From Planctomycetota bacterium (GTDB taxonomy: Bacteria; Planctomycetota; UBA1135; UBA2386), in the NCBI GenBank assembly GCA_965228735.1, contig OZ245838.1, forward strand, positions 4,896,001 to 4,960,000: a stretch of 64,000 nt of DNA, read 5' to 3'. Positions 39,022-48,595 of the stretch are shown here, one piece after another. The position numbers and the translations under genes are program-made. A model generated the notes under the pieces. That model was not told the origin of the DNA, searched no databases, and saw only the letters and a list, made by a program, of their open reading frames with translations. Within the stretch, counting starts at the first letter, position 1, and the number at the start of each line of letters is the position of its first letter.

Positions 39022-40044
39022 TTACCCGCCGCGGGTGTGCATCTCGAGATGCGGGTCGCGCTTCAAGCGGTCCGCATCGGCGAGGGGGCCGCGGTTCGGC
39101 GCGGCGAGGCGTTCTTCCGCACCGGCGTCGGCGCGTTCGCTCCAGACCCGTTTGACGAGCGCGGCCGCGCGGTCGGGTCCGTGCTGGCGCAGCAGCGTGC
39201 GCAGGTCGTGACCGGTCGTCGCGTAGAGGCACGTGAACCACATGCCGTCCGCGGTGAGGCGGGCGCGGTCGCAGCTGCTGCAGAACGGCTGCGTCATCGA
39301 GCTGATGATGCCGAACGTCGTGCCGTCCGCGAGCTCGAAGCGTTCGGCCGGCGCACTGTCGGTTCGCGCGATCGGGCGCACGCCATCGCCGAAGTGCTTC
39401 GTCAACGTCGCGAGCATCGCCGTTCGACCGACGACCCGCTCGGGCCGCCACTGCGTCGCGCCGCCCACGTCCATGTACTCGATGAAACGGATCTCGGCCC
39501 CCTGGTCGCGCGCGAACTCGACGAGCGCCGGCAGTTCGCCGTCGTTGACGCCGGCGATCACGACGGTGTCGATCTTGATCGATTCGAAGCCGACCTCGCG
39601 CGCGGCGGCGATGCCGGCGAGCGCCCGGTCGAGATCATCACGGTTGGCCAGCAGCCGGAACGTCGCGGGGTCGAGCGAGTCGAGACTCACGGTGACGCGC
39701 CGCAGGCCGGCGTCGCGCAGCGCCTGCGCGTGCCGCGGCAGCAGCACGCCGTTCGTCGTCATCGCGAGGTCGCGCAGCGCCGGTTTGTCCGCGAGCAGGG
39801 CAACGAGATCCGGCAGGTCCTGCCGCAGCAGCGGCTCGCCGCCCGTGATGCGCACGCGGTCGACGCCGAGCGCCGTGAACACGTCGACGAGCTGCGCGAT
39901 CTCCTCGAACGTGAGGATCCGCGACTTGTCGAGCCACGTGTAGTTCTCCTCGGGCATGCAGTAGCTGCACCGGAGGTTGCAGCGGTCCGTGACGGACAGC
40001 CGCAGGTTCTGCAGCGGGCGGCGGCGGGAATCGAAGAGCGTCAT
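39022..40044 (-). CDS. moaA: GTP 3',8-cyclase
   Basis: LRLSVTDRCNLRCSYC, TGGEP, FCSSCDR..C and C-terminal GG. Confidence 0.96.
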   Translation of the reverse strand: MTLFDSRRRPLQNLRLSVTDRCNLRCSYCMPEENYTWLDKSRILTFEEIAQLVDVFTALGVDRVRITGGEPLLRQDLPDLVALLADKPALRDLAMTTNGVLLPRHAQALRDAGLRRVTVSLDSLDPATFRLLANRDDLDRALAGIAAAREVGFESIKIDTVVIAGVNDGELPALVEFARDQGAEIRFIEYMDVGGATQWRPERVVGRTAMLATLTKHFGDGVRPIARTDSAPAERFELADGTTFGIISSMTQPFCSSCDRARLTADGMWFTCLYATTGHDLRTLLRQHGPDRAAALVKRVWSERADAGAEERLAAPNRGPLADADRLKRDPHLEMHTRGG

Positions 40045-40134
40045 CGGCGAGTTCGCCCCACACCATAGCAAGGCCGGGCCCGCGGACCACTCGCCGGATG
40101 TCCGTCGAATGTCGCGGTTCGGCCCGGCCGCGGT

Positions 40135-41988
40135 TCAGCCCGGCAGCCGCGCGGCGCGACGGCGCAATTCGGTGATGACCCTGCCGTTCGGCGGCTCGGC
40201 CGTGACGGGATCGATCGGTGGCACGGGCAGGTCGAAGGTCCGATACAGCACCCACGCGATCGCCTGCCGGGTGTGCGGCGGGGTGCGCTGGTGCGCGAGG
40301 CTGCGGATCAGTTGCTCGGTGACCCGGCGTCGCGGCAGCCGGACGAGCGCGTTCAGCAGGGCCGGGTCGACGGGCTGTCGCCGCAGCGCGACCTCCAGGT
40401 CGCTGCCGCCGCGTCGGCTCAGTGCGAGCGCGCTCGTGTCGGTCCGGTCGGCGTTGTTCGCGAGGGTGCGGCGGACCCGTTCGAGGTCGCCGTCGAACTG
40501 GCTGCCGAACGCGAAGTCGAGCACCCGCTTCAGCACCTGCTCGTGGTCGGCGAGCGTGACGCAGTGGCCGCGGCCGGCGCGCGCGATCTTCTTGAACTGA
40601 TCGAGCGTGTCCTTGCCGGCGTCGTGCGGCGTCGTCACGAGGGTGTGCACGTAGGAGTTGCCGCGGTTGGTGAACGCCCTGACCTCGCGCATCAATCGGC
40701 GCCATTCGGACTGGTGCGCGGGCGCATCGCCGGCGAGCACGACGACCCGTTTGCTCTTGTGGCGCCAGTGTTGCTGGAACGCGGTGCGCAGCCCGTCGCG
40801 CACCGCTTCGGGCCGGTCGCCGCCGCCCTCGGCGCGCACGCCCTGCACGAAGTTGGACGCCTGCCAGAAGTCGAGGCCGAGCGGGATGTCGCGTACCGTG
40901 TAGTCCTCGTCGACGCCGCGGTCGCGGTAGGTCACGAGGCCGATGCGGGCGTCGGGCACGAGCGACCGCAACACGTGCAGCATCTCCGCGATCGTGCTCT
41001 TCGTGTCGCGGATCGTCGCGCCCATCGAACCCGTGCTGTCGAATACGAAGACGATCTCGAGGCCCGTCTCGCGCAGCTCCTTGACCGTCTTGCGGAAGCC
41101 GGCCGAGCCGATGCCGTCGACGCCACCGTCCTTGCTCGTCGTTCGGAGCGCCCGCGACTCGCTCGACGGCGACCGTTTCGTGATCCGCGGGTTGCTCTGC
41201 ATCTGACCGAGCCGGTCGGGCACGGTCGGCGTCGGCTCGATGACCGGCTGCGGCTCGGTCTCACCGTCGAGCTCGAGGATCGGCTCGTCGACCGCGTCCT
41301 CGGGTTGGACCTCGAGCGGCGGCAGTTCGGTGTCCTCGCCCAGTGCGACGCGGCTGCCCGCGAGATCGAAGCTGACCGTCGCGATGTCGTCGCCGCCGAC
41401 CTCCGGTGTCGGGAACAACAGGTAGAGCAGCAGGAACAGGATCCCGTGCACGAGGGACGACAGCCCGAGCCATGGCGCGCGCCGCAGCTCCTCGGCCATG
41501 GTGTCGGTGAACGACTGCTCCTCGAACCGACGCCCGCCGGGCCCGGGCCCGGGCTGGGGGGGCGGAGGGGGAATCGTGCCGGGGTCGGTGGCGGCCGCCG
41601 GCGCGACGGGGCCAGGGAGCGCGTCCGTGGGCAACGGCGGCGCGATCGCGAGCAGGCGCCGCAGTTCGGCCTGCTGCGCGAGCGCCGGGATCGGCACGAT
41701 CGCCGCTTCGCCGCTGTCCCGGACGACCACGGCCGCGCCCTCGGCGAACTGGATCGAGTCGCCGGGTTCGACGCGACTGCAGGTGATCCGGGCGCCGTTC
41801 CGGTACGTGCCGATCGGGCTGCCGAGATCGATGAGCTCGGCGCCGTCCGACCGCACGACGAGCCGCGCGTGGTGCAGGGCCACGTTCGGCCCGTCGCAGC
41901 GGAAGTCGCAGTCCGAGCCGGCCCCGAGCAGGTAGTCCCGCCCGGGTTCGAGCGCGAAATCCTGGTCCAGGATGCGCAGGGCCAGCAT
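40135..41988 (-). CDS. FHA-like + TM + vWA domain protein
   Basis: N-terminal HARL..DLGS..GT..NG; TM; MIDAS FDSTGSM, GGGDRPEA and LAGDAPAH. Confidence 0.85.
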   Translation of the reverse strand: MLALRILDQDFALEPGRDYLLGAGSDCDFRCDGPNVALHHARLVVRSDGAELIDLGSPIGTYRNGARITCSRVEPGDSIQFAEGAAVVVRDSGEAAIVPIPALAQQAELRRLLAIAPPLPTDALPGPVAPAAATDPGTIPPPPPQPGPGPGGRRFEEQSFTDTMAEELRRAPWLGLSSLVHGILFLLLYLLFPTPEVGGDDIATVSFDLAGSRVALGEDTELPPLEVQPEDAVDEPILELDGETEPQPVIEPTPTVPDRLGQMQSNPRITKRSPSSESRALRTTSKDGGVDGIGSAGFRKTVKELRETGLEIVFVFDSTGSMGATIRDTKSTIAEMLHVLRSLVPDARIGLVTYRDRGVDEDYTVRDIPLGLDFWQASNFVQGVRAEGGGDRPEAVRDGLRTAFQQHWRHKSKRVVVLAGDAPAHQSEWRRLMREVRAFTNRGNSYVHTLVTTPHDAGKDTLDQFKKIARAGRGHCVTLADHEQVLKRVLDFAFGSQFDGDLERVRRTLANNADRTDTSALALSRRGGSDLEVALRRQPVDPALLNALVRLPRRRVTEQLIRSLAHQRTPPHTRQAIAWVLYRTFDLPVPPIDPVTAEPPNGRVITELRRRAARLPG

Positions 41989-42176
41989 GCTCGGGTCGGC
42001 TGCCAAGGGTCGTTGCGGAGGCGGTTTCTGGGATTACGACGTGACAGGAGGCGTCGGAGTTGGTCTAGACGTCGGCCGGCGATCGGTTGCGAAAGTTGCT
42101 TCGGAAGGACCGGCCGGCGAGCATGAACCCGTCGCAGCCGGGGCGACCAGTGAACTCACCCCGGGCGGAATTCAGC

Positions 42177-42857
42177 ATGAGTCTCAAGATCATCGGCGGT
42201 GAATACGGCGGGCGGGCCCTGAAATCCGTTCGTGGCCTCGGTACCAGACCCCTGTTGGGGCAGGTGCGTGAGTCCCTGTTCAACATTATCGCCGAGAAGA
42301 TCGACGGCGCGCTGGTCTGGGACCTGTTCGCCGGCAGCGGCGCGACCGGGATCGAGGCCCTGAGCCGCGGCGCCGAGCGGGCCCTGTTCTGCGAGAAGAA
42401 CGGTCGGGCCATCGACGTCCTGCGGCAGAACCTGGCGGATCTCGGCGATGACGCCGTGGATCGCGCGGTCGTGATGCGCACGGATGCCTGGGACCCGCCG
42501 GTCATGCATCGGGCGGAGTTCGGTGCGAGTCGCGCGGACGCGGACCCGGACTCGGCGAGCGATGCCGAGGTCGCGCCGGACGTGATCTTCCTCGATCCGC
42601 CCTACGCGATGGTGGCCGAGGATCCGGTGAAGTCGATGGCGCGCGCGCGCCGGCTGCTCGAGCGGACGGCCGACGGCGGCGTCCTGGTGTTCCACTTCGA
42701 AGCCGGGGTCCTCGACGAGGACGACTTCGACGACGACCTCGAGGTCGACCTGCGGGAGTGGGGCACGACCGCGATCGCGTTCCTCTACCGCGCCGGGGAA
42801 GCACCCGCGCGCGTCGCGAAGAAGAAGGCCAAGGAGCGCGCGAAGTCGGCCGAGTAG
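42177..42857 (+). CDS. rsmD: 16S rRNA m2G966 methyltransferase
   Basis: LKIIGGEYGGR, TRP..VRESLFN, DLFAGSG..GIEALSRGA and DPPY. Confidence 0.92.
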   Translation: MSLKIIGGEYGGRALKSVRGLGTRPLLGQVRESLFNIIAEKIDGALVWDLFAGSGATGIEALSRGAERALFCEKNGRAIDVLRQNLADLGDDAVDRAVVMRTDAWDPPVMHRAEFGASRADADPDSASDAEVAPDVIFLDPPYAMVAEDPVKSMARARRLLERTADGGVLVFHFEAGVLDEDDFDDDLEVDLREWGTTAIAFLYRAGEAPARVAKKKAKERAKSAE

Positions 42858-42876
42858 GTCGGCCGACGGCACGCGA

Positions 42877-44010
42877 TCAGTAGCCGATCACGACCCGTAC
42901 CGCGTTGCTCACGCCCTGGAACGGCGGGTAGGCGTTCGGCAGCCAGTCGAACACGATCGCCTGCGTGTGGATCTCGAGTCCGGCGACGGCCGGGCTGCAC
43001 GTGTTCAGCGGCAGCGGCACGACGGTCTGCATCACGTCGGTCTTCTTCGTGAGCACCGCGAGGATGCGCGTCGCGTCGAGCGAGTGTTCGCAGCTGGCGC
43101 TGGGGAACGCCGGCACGACGTTCGGCTGCGCGGCCGGACGGGCGCCGGCGCTGTAGAACAGCACCATGTTCTCGCCGAAGAAGCCGGTCGTGTTCTCGAG
43201 CACGTAGCCGAAGTCGGCGTTGCCGAGCAACGGCAGCGACGTCGTGCGCAGCGTCGGCGTGCCGACGAGGTGATGACCCGGCACCGTGCAAGCGGGGCCG
43301 TAGGACTCGACCTCGAGGCCCGCGATGTTGGACGCCATCGGCGTCGGTGACGCGTCGAGGAACCACTCGTCGAGGCGGCGGGCGAGCGTGCCGACGGCAG
43401 CCGTGTTGCGAGCGAACGAATGGTTCGGCGGAATCTGCGGCCCGGTCGACCCGAGTTCCCAGACCCCGTTCTGGATCGCGAGGTGCTCGCGGATGAAGCC
43501 GGTCTCGCCCCAGCTGACCCAGTCCGTGATGTGTGACGCCGTGCCCATGTGCGCGCCGGTCTGCGAATCGATGAGCGCGAGCGCGCCGCTCCACGGGCGC
43601 AGCGCTTCGCCGCCGAGGCTGAACAGGTAGCCGTGGGGCGCCGTGCCCGTGTAGAGGCTGCCAGGTGGCGGATTCAGCGGTTCGTCCTGATACCAGAACA
43701 CGCGCACGTACTCGTCCGGCGCGAGCGTCGTTCCGCCGGGGAACGGCCACCAGTAGTTCTGCGGCATGCCGACCGTCTTGGTCTCGAGGTAGAGGCTCCA
43801 GTCGGACAGGTCCTGCGGCGCGGCAGAACGATTGTGGATCTCGACCCAGGTGGCCGTGGAATCGGCGCGGATCTCGCTGAGGATCACGTCCTGGGCGTTC
43901 GCCGCGCTCGTCAGCGTCGGCCCCATCAGGCCGATGCTGGCCGCGAACGAGGCTGACAGTCGAGCAATTCGGCAAGTCCCCGGGCGCGTCTTGCGTTCTG
44001 TGTGGATCAT
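42877..44010 (-). CDS. Secreted lamin-tail-domain protein with shared C-terminal domain
   Basis: VILSEI..WVEIHN..DLSDW and SPTP pattern; signal peptide ending ANA-Q; start uncertain. Confidence 0.8.
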   Translation of the reverse strand: MIHTERKTRPGTCRIARLSASFAASIGLMGPTLTSAANAQDVILSEIRADSTATWVEIHNRSAAPQDLSDWSLYLETKTVGMPQNYWWPFPGGTTLAPDEYVRVFWYQDEPLNPPPGSLYTGTAPHGYLFSLGGEALRPWSGALALIDSQTGAHMGTASHITDWVSWGETGFIREHLAIQNGVWELGSTGPQIPPNHSFARNTAAVGTLARRLDEWFLDASPTPMASNIAGLEVESYGPACTVPGHHLVGTPTLRTTSLPLLGNADFGYVLENTTGFFGENMVLFYSAGARPAAQPNVVPAFPSASCEHSLDATRILAVLTKKTDVMQTVVPLPLNTCSPAVAGLEIHTQAIVFDWLPNAYPPFQGVSNAVRVVIGY

Positions 44011-44197
44011 CGGCAGTTGGCTCTCGTGAGCGTCGTGTTCTGCAACGGTTCGGCGCTCGCTCGGGTGCCCCTTGAGGCGCGCGGGGACGGCCCCTTCGGA
44101 CCGTGCATTCCCGATCGGGTCGGGCCGGCCAGTGGGTTTGCCGGGGCTCGAGTCGCAGCCCGCCGGTATCGGACCGGGGCGTCTCGCGGAGGGCGGG

Positions 44198-44226
44198 TCA
44201 AGCGGCCACGGTCCGCTGGCCGATAG
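44198..44226 (+). promoter_or_regulatory. Possible sigma-28-type promoter
   Basis: TCAAG-16nt-GCCGATAG, ~50 nt upstream of the FlgM-like ORF; spacing slightly longer than canonical. Confidence 0.3.
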
Positions 44227-44275
44227 CTCGCACTGCGGCGTCATCGGGCGCCGCGACGCACCCGGGTCCGACAAC

Positions 44276-44452
44276 GTGACGAAACGCAAGTCCGAGTCGA
44301 TCGAGCAGATCGTGGAAGAGCTGATTGGCAGCGACCTCACGAAGGCGGAGCGCATCAAGCGTCTCCGCGCGCTCGCGCACTCCGACGAAGACGTTCCGGA
44401 CGAATTGATGGATCAGGCACTACGCAGATTGATGGAGCGGATCACGGATTGA
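44276..44452 (+). CDS. Small helical protein, FlgM C-terminal-like
   Basis: GTG start; AERIKRLRALAHSDEDVPDELMDQALRRLMERI. Confidence 0.55.
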   Translation: MTKRKSESIEQIVEELIGSDLTKAERIKRLRALAHSDEDVPDELMDQALRRLMERITD

Positions 44453-44498
44453 AGGCCGCCCCTTTGCACCCCGACAGCCACACAAACGAGTCAAGATC

Positions 44499-45305
44499 AT
44501 GAGAACCGCAACGCTCGCTACTGTTCTGCTCGGCGTCGCCGCTCTTCCGGCCCAGGACCGTGAGTTCGGTGCGCCGGTCAGCACGACGCTCGATCAGGTC
44601 CGCGCCGAACCGCACGCCTACAAGAACGTGAACGTCAAGTTCACGGTCCAGTACGCGTCGCTCGGACGCATCAGCAACCCGTTCTTCACGAAGTTCACGC
44701 CGTCGGACTTCGCCAACTTCTACGGCTGGGCCGACGAGCAGGCGATCTGGCAGGAGAACAGCTACGAAGACCTGTTCGGCATGCTGTTCCTGAGCAAGTT
44801 CAGCGATCAGCTCGAAGAGCTCTACCAGCTGGAGACCTACGATCGCATCCAGATTCACGGCGTCGTGCGCGCGACGTTCCAGGACATGCCGTGGATCGAG
44901 GTGCTCGCGTTCGAGAAGCTCGACAGCAAGCTCGACACGACCGTGCTCACGCACCTCTACCGCGGCGAGAAGCTGATGCAGCAGCGCCTGTGGCAGCGCG
45001 CGATCTCCGAGTTCTCGGTGGTCCCGGGCGACGACGTGCCGGCGAACGCGCAGATCGCGGCCTTCCAGGGCCTCGGCACCTGCCTGCTCCGCATCGGCGA
45101 GGCGCAGTCGGCCCTCGGCTACCTGCAGACGGCCAAGGACATGACCGACGGCCGCAACCGCCAGATCAACCGACTGCTCGCGATCGCGCAGGAGTCGCCG
45201 GAAGAGGCGATCGATCGCACCGTCGACTCCCGCGTCCTCAAGGACCACGAGCGCCCGATGTGGGAGGCGTTCGACGCGGGCGCCGGCGAAAGCGCCGGCA
45301 TGTAG
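44499..45305 (+). CDS. Secreted protein, OB-fold-like plus TPR
   Basis: Signal peptide; DRIQIHGVV strand; TPR-like AAFQGLGTCLLRIGEAQSALGYL. Confidence 0.7.
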   Translation: MRTATLATVLLGVAALPAQDREFGAPVSTTLDQVRAEPHAYKNVNVKFTVQYASLGRISNPFFTKFTPSDFANFYGWADEQAIWQENSYEDLFGMLFLSKFSDQLEELYQLETYDRIQIHGVVRATFQDMPWIEVLAFEKLDSKLDTTVLTHLYRGEKLMQQRLWQRAISEFSVVPGDDVPANAQIAAFQGLGTCLLRIGEAQSALGYLQTAKDMTDGRNRQINRLLAIAQESPEEAIDRTVDSRVLKDHERPMWEAFDAGAGESAGM

Positions 45306-45372
45306 CTGCCGGCAGACCGATCCCGGATTCTCCGGGGATGCGTCGGCTAGCGCGCGGCGGTTCAATGGGCGC

Positions 45373-47616
45373 ATGACGCCCGACCGCCGCTGCCTCGCCT
45401 ACCCGCTGCTCGCGCTGCTCTGCGCTCTGAGCACCGGGCTCCTCGCCGATCGCGCGGCCGCGCAGGACTCGACGTCCGCGCCGAGCTGGACCGAGCTCGC
45501 GCAACGCACCCCGCCCGCGTGGTTCGAGGATGCCAAGTTCGGCATCTTCATCCACTGGGGTGCCTACTCCGTGCCGTCGATCTGCGACACGAGCACCTAC
45601 AGCGAGTGGTATCAGCGCTGGCTCGACACCAACTCGCACGGCGGCCTCGTGAAGCAGTTCCACGAGCGGGTCTACGGCGCGGACTTCGAGTACCGGCAGT
45701 TCGCCGAGCAGTTCCGCGCGGAGCTGTTCGATCCCGCGGAGTGGGCCCGGATCTTCGAACGCGCGGGCGCGCGCTACATCGTCATCACGAGCAAGCATCA
45801 CGACGGCTTCTGCCTGTGGCCGAGCGCGGTCGCGAGCGAGGTCCGCGGCTATCCCTGGAACGCGCAGGAGACGGGGCCGAAGCGCGACCTGCTCGGGGAC
45901 CTCGCTGCCGCGGTGCGCGAGCGCGGCCTGAAGTTCGGCCTCTACTACTCGTTCATGGAGTGGCACAACCCGGTCTTCGATCGGTCCGTGCCCGAATACG
46001 TCGAGCGCGTGATGTTCCCGCAGGTGCAGGACCTCATCCGGCGCTACGAGCCCGCGATCTTCTGGCCCGACGGCGAGTGGAACCATCCGGACTCGACGTG
46101 GCGCGCGCGCGAGCTGCTCGACTGGCTCTACCGCAACGCCCCGAACCAGGACGAGTTCGTCGTGAACGATCGCTGGGGCAAGGGGCTGCGCGGGCGCGTT
46201 GGCGACTTCTACACGACGGAGTACGGCGACGGCGGTGGCGGCGGCGACAGCTACTCCGGAACGCGGCCGTTCGAGGAGTGCCGCGGCATCGGCCACTCGT
46301 TCGCCTACAACCGCATCGAGGACTACGACGTCTACCTGTCGCGCACGGCGGCGGTGCGCACGCTGATCGACATGGTCAGTCGCGGCGGCAACCTGCTGCT
46401 CGACATCGGGCCGAAGGCGGACGGCACGATCCCGCTGATCATGGTCGACCGGCTGTTCGCGATCGGCGATTGGCTGCAGGTCAATGGCGAGGCGATCCAC
46501 GGCACGATGAAGAGCCCGTTCCGTCAGACGCCGTGGGGGCGCGCGACGCAGAAGGGCAAGACGGTGTATCTGCACGTCTACGACTGGCCGCGGAGCGGGC
46601 AGCTCGTCGTGCCGCTGACCAACGAGCCGGTGAGCGCCCGCGTGCTCGGCGGCGACCCGGTGCCGGCGCGGCAGCAGGGCGGCCGCGGGCTCGTCATCGA
46701 TTTGTTCACGGCCGAGGAACGTGAGCACGCGACGGTGATCGCCGTCGAGCTCGACGGCGCACCGGTCGAGGACGAACGCTTCCGGCCCGATGGCGATGGC
46801 GTGATCACGCTGCCCGTGACGCTCGCCGAACTGAACGGGGACACGATCAAGCTCGAGAAGCGCGTCGACCGCAAGCTGAGCGCGACGCTGCAGAACGTCG
46901 GTTCCTGGAACGAGCCCGGGGAAGGCGTCGCGTGGCCGAACGTTGCGATCGACACGGAGCTCGCGCCGATGCTGATCGAGATCGAGTACGCGGTCGCGCC
47001 CGGCGCCGAGGGCGGCACCCTCGACTGGCAGCTCGGCCGTGACAAGGCTTCCTACGAGTTCGAGACCCACACGGGCGGCTGGCAGAACTACCGGCGGGCG
47101 GTCATCGGCGGCTACACCGAGCACCGCGGCTTGGGCCGGCTGCAGCTCACCTGCAAGAATGTGAAGGGTGCGGGGCTCTGCAACCTGCGGGCGGTGCGGT
47201 TGATCCCGGACCGGACGGGGACGATCCTCGCCTCGGCGATGGATGCGGCGGCGCACCGCGAGGTGGCGAGTCTGCTCCAGGGCATGAGCAAGGCGCTCGA
47301 GGAGGGCCGCCACGCCGACGTCGCGGCCGTCTACGCGGATCACGGCTGGCTCGCCGGGCCCGGCGGCTACCGCGTGACCGGGCGCGAGGCGATCGACGCC
47401 TACTGGGCCCGCCTCGGGCAGGCGAAGCGCTGGCAGCTCGACGTGCACTCGGCGGAGGGCAACGGTGGCATCGTGGTCCAACGTGGCCGGTCGGTCCTGA
47501 CCCGGGATCGCGACGGCCGCAGCCAGACGAGCGCGGTGGAGTTCGTGCTGACCTGGCAGCAGCAGGACGACGGCGCCTGGCGAATCCTCAGCGACGTCTA
47601 CTGGCGCGCGCGCTGA
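45373..47616 (+). CDS. Alpha-L-fucosidase (GH29) with CBM-like and C-terminal NTF2/DUF4440-like domains
   Basis: WFEDAKFGIFIHWG, SKHHDGF, WPDG, VNDRWG, SRGGNLLLDIGP and NGEAIHGT. Confidence 0.92.
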   Translation: MTPDRRCLAYPLLALLCALSTGLLADRAAAQDSTSAPSWTELAQRTPPAWFEDAKFGIFIHWGAYSVPSICDTSTYSEWYQRWLDTNSHGGLVKQFHERVYGADFEYRQFAEQFRAELFDPAEWARIFERAGARYIVITSKHHDGFCLWPSAVASEVRGYPWNAQETGPKRDLLGDLAAAVRERGLKFGLYYSFMEWHNPVFDRSVPEYVERVMFPQVQDLIRRYEPAIFWPDGEWNHPDSTWRARELLDWLYRNAPNQDEFVVNDRWGKGLRGRVGDFYTTEYGDGGGGGDSYSGTRPFEECRGIGHSFAYNRIEDYDVYLSRTAAVRTLIDMVSRGGNLLLDIGPKADGTIPLIMVDRLFAIGDWLQVNGEAIHGTMKSPFRQTPWGRATQKGKTVYLHVYDWPRSGQLVVPLTNEPVSARVLGGDPVPARQQGGRGLVIDLFTAEEREHATVIAVELDGAPVEDERFRPDGDGVITLPVTLAELNGDTIKLEKRVDRKLSATLQNVGSWNEPGEGVAWPNVAIDTELAPMLIEIEYAVAPGAEGGTLDWQLGRDKASYEFETHTGGWQNYRRAVIGGYTEHRGLGRLQLTCKNVKGAGLCNLRAVRLIPDRTGTILASAMDAAAHREVASLLQGMSKALEEGRHADVAAVYADHGWLAGPGGYRVTGREAIDAYWARLGQAKRWQLDVHSAEGNGGIVVQRGRSVLTRDRDGRSQTSAVEFVLTWQQQDDGAWRILSDVYWRAR

Positions 47617-47658
47617 ACGTGAAAATCGGGCCCGATCCCGGCATTCTGCCAGGTCCCG

Positions 47659-48582
47659 ATGAGCACGACCGCCGCTATCCCCGCCGCTGAGCCCGCTTCG
47701 GACCGGGGTCCGTTCCGGCTGGCCCTGGGGGTCGTGATCTTCATCATCCCCGTGATCCTCATGGGGGCGATGACGACGAGCACGGGCTCGGGCATGGCGT
47801 TCGCCGACTGGCCGCTGTCCGACGGCGAGTTCATGCCGGAACGGTCCTACACGACCGTGCCCGGCTTCCTCGAGCACTTCCATCGGGTCGTCGCCGGCAT
47901 GGCCGGCCTCTTCGCGCTCGCGCTCGCGATCTGGCTGCAGGTCGGCCGGCGCGGCTCCGCGGGGGCGCGGCTCACCGCGTGGCTCGGCGGCACGCTGATC
48001 GCCGTGCAGGGCGTGATCGGCGGGACGGGTGTCCTCAACAACCTGCCGGTCTGGTCGTCGGTGACGCACGGCGCGCTGGCGCAGATCATCCTGGCAACCT
48101 TCGCGTGGCTGGCCTACCAGCTGTCGGATCGCTATCGCCGGACCGAGCCCGTGACGAGCGTGCCGCCCGGCACGGGTCGCACCATCGCGACGGTCGCGGT
48201 CGTCATGCTGATCCTGCAGACCCTGATTGGCGGCATCGCCCGTCACGCCAACAGCGCGCACGCGCTCTGGACCCACGCGGGCAACGCGCTCGTGGTGTTC
48301 CTCGTCGTCGTGATCGCGACCGGCTACGCCGCGGCCAAGCTCGAGAAGGTGCCGGGACTGCCCGGCATCGCGCGCTGGCTCGCGTCGCTGCTGATCCTGC
48401 AGATCGTGCTCGGCTTCATCGCGCTGCTCGTGCGCAACAGCGCCGGCAAGACCCCCGAGAACGTGGCCAATCTCGGCACCGCGTCGCTGATCACCGCGCA
48501 CGTGCTGCTCGGCGCGCTGCTCACCGTGTTCGCGACGACGCTCTGCGCCCACGTGTTCCGCGGCAGCCGGCGGCCCGCGTGA
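47659..48582 (+). CDS. ctaA: Heme A synthase (COX15/CtaA)
   Basis: SGMAFADWP, EHFHR and further conserved His in about 8 TM; adjacent to ctaB. Confidence 0.85.
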   Translation: MSTTAAIPAAEPASDRGPFRLALGVVIFIIPVILMGAMTTSTGSGMAFADWPLSDGEFMPERSYTTVPGFLEHFHRVVAGMAGLFALALAIWLQVGRRGSAGARLTAWLGGTLIAVQGVIGGTGVLNNLPVWSSVTHGALAQIILATFAWLAYQLSDRYRRTEPVTSVPPGTGRTIATVAVVMLILQTLIGGIARHANSAHALWTHAGNALVVFLVVVIATGYAAAKLEKVPGLPGIARWLASLLILQIVLGFIALLVRNSAGKTPENVANLGTASLITAHVLLGALLTVFATTLCAHVFRGSRRPA

Positions 48583-48595
48583 GGCGGCTGCCGTC

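Noticed and set aside
40045..40134. Possible Moco riboswitch upstream of moaA
   Set aside because: The gap is only 90 bp and has no recognisable motif
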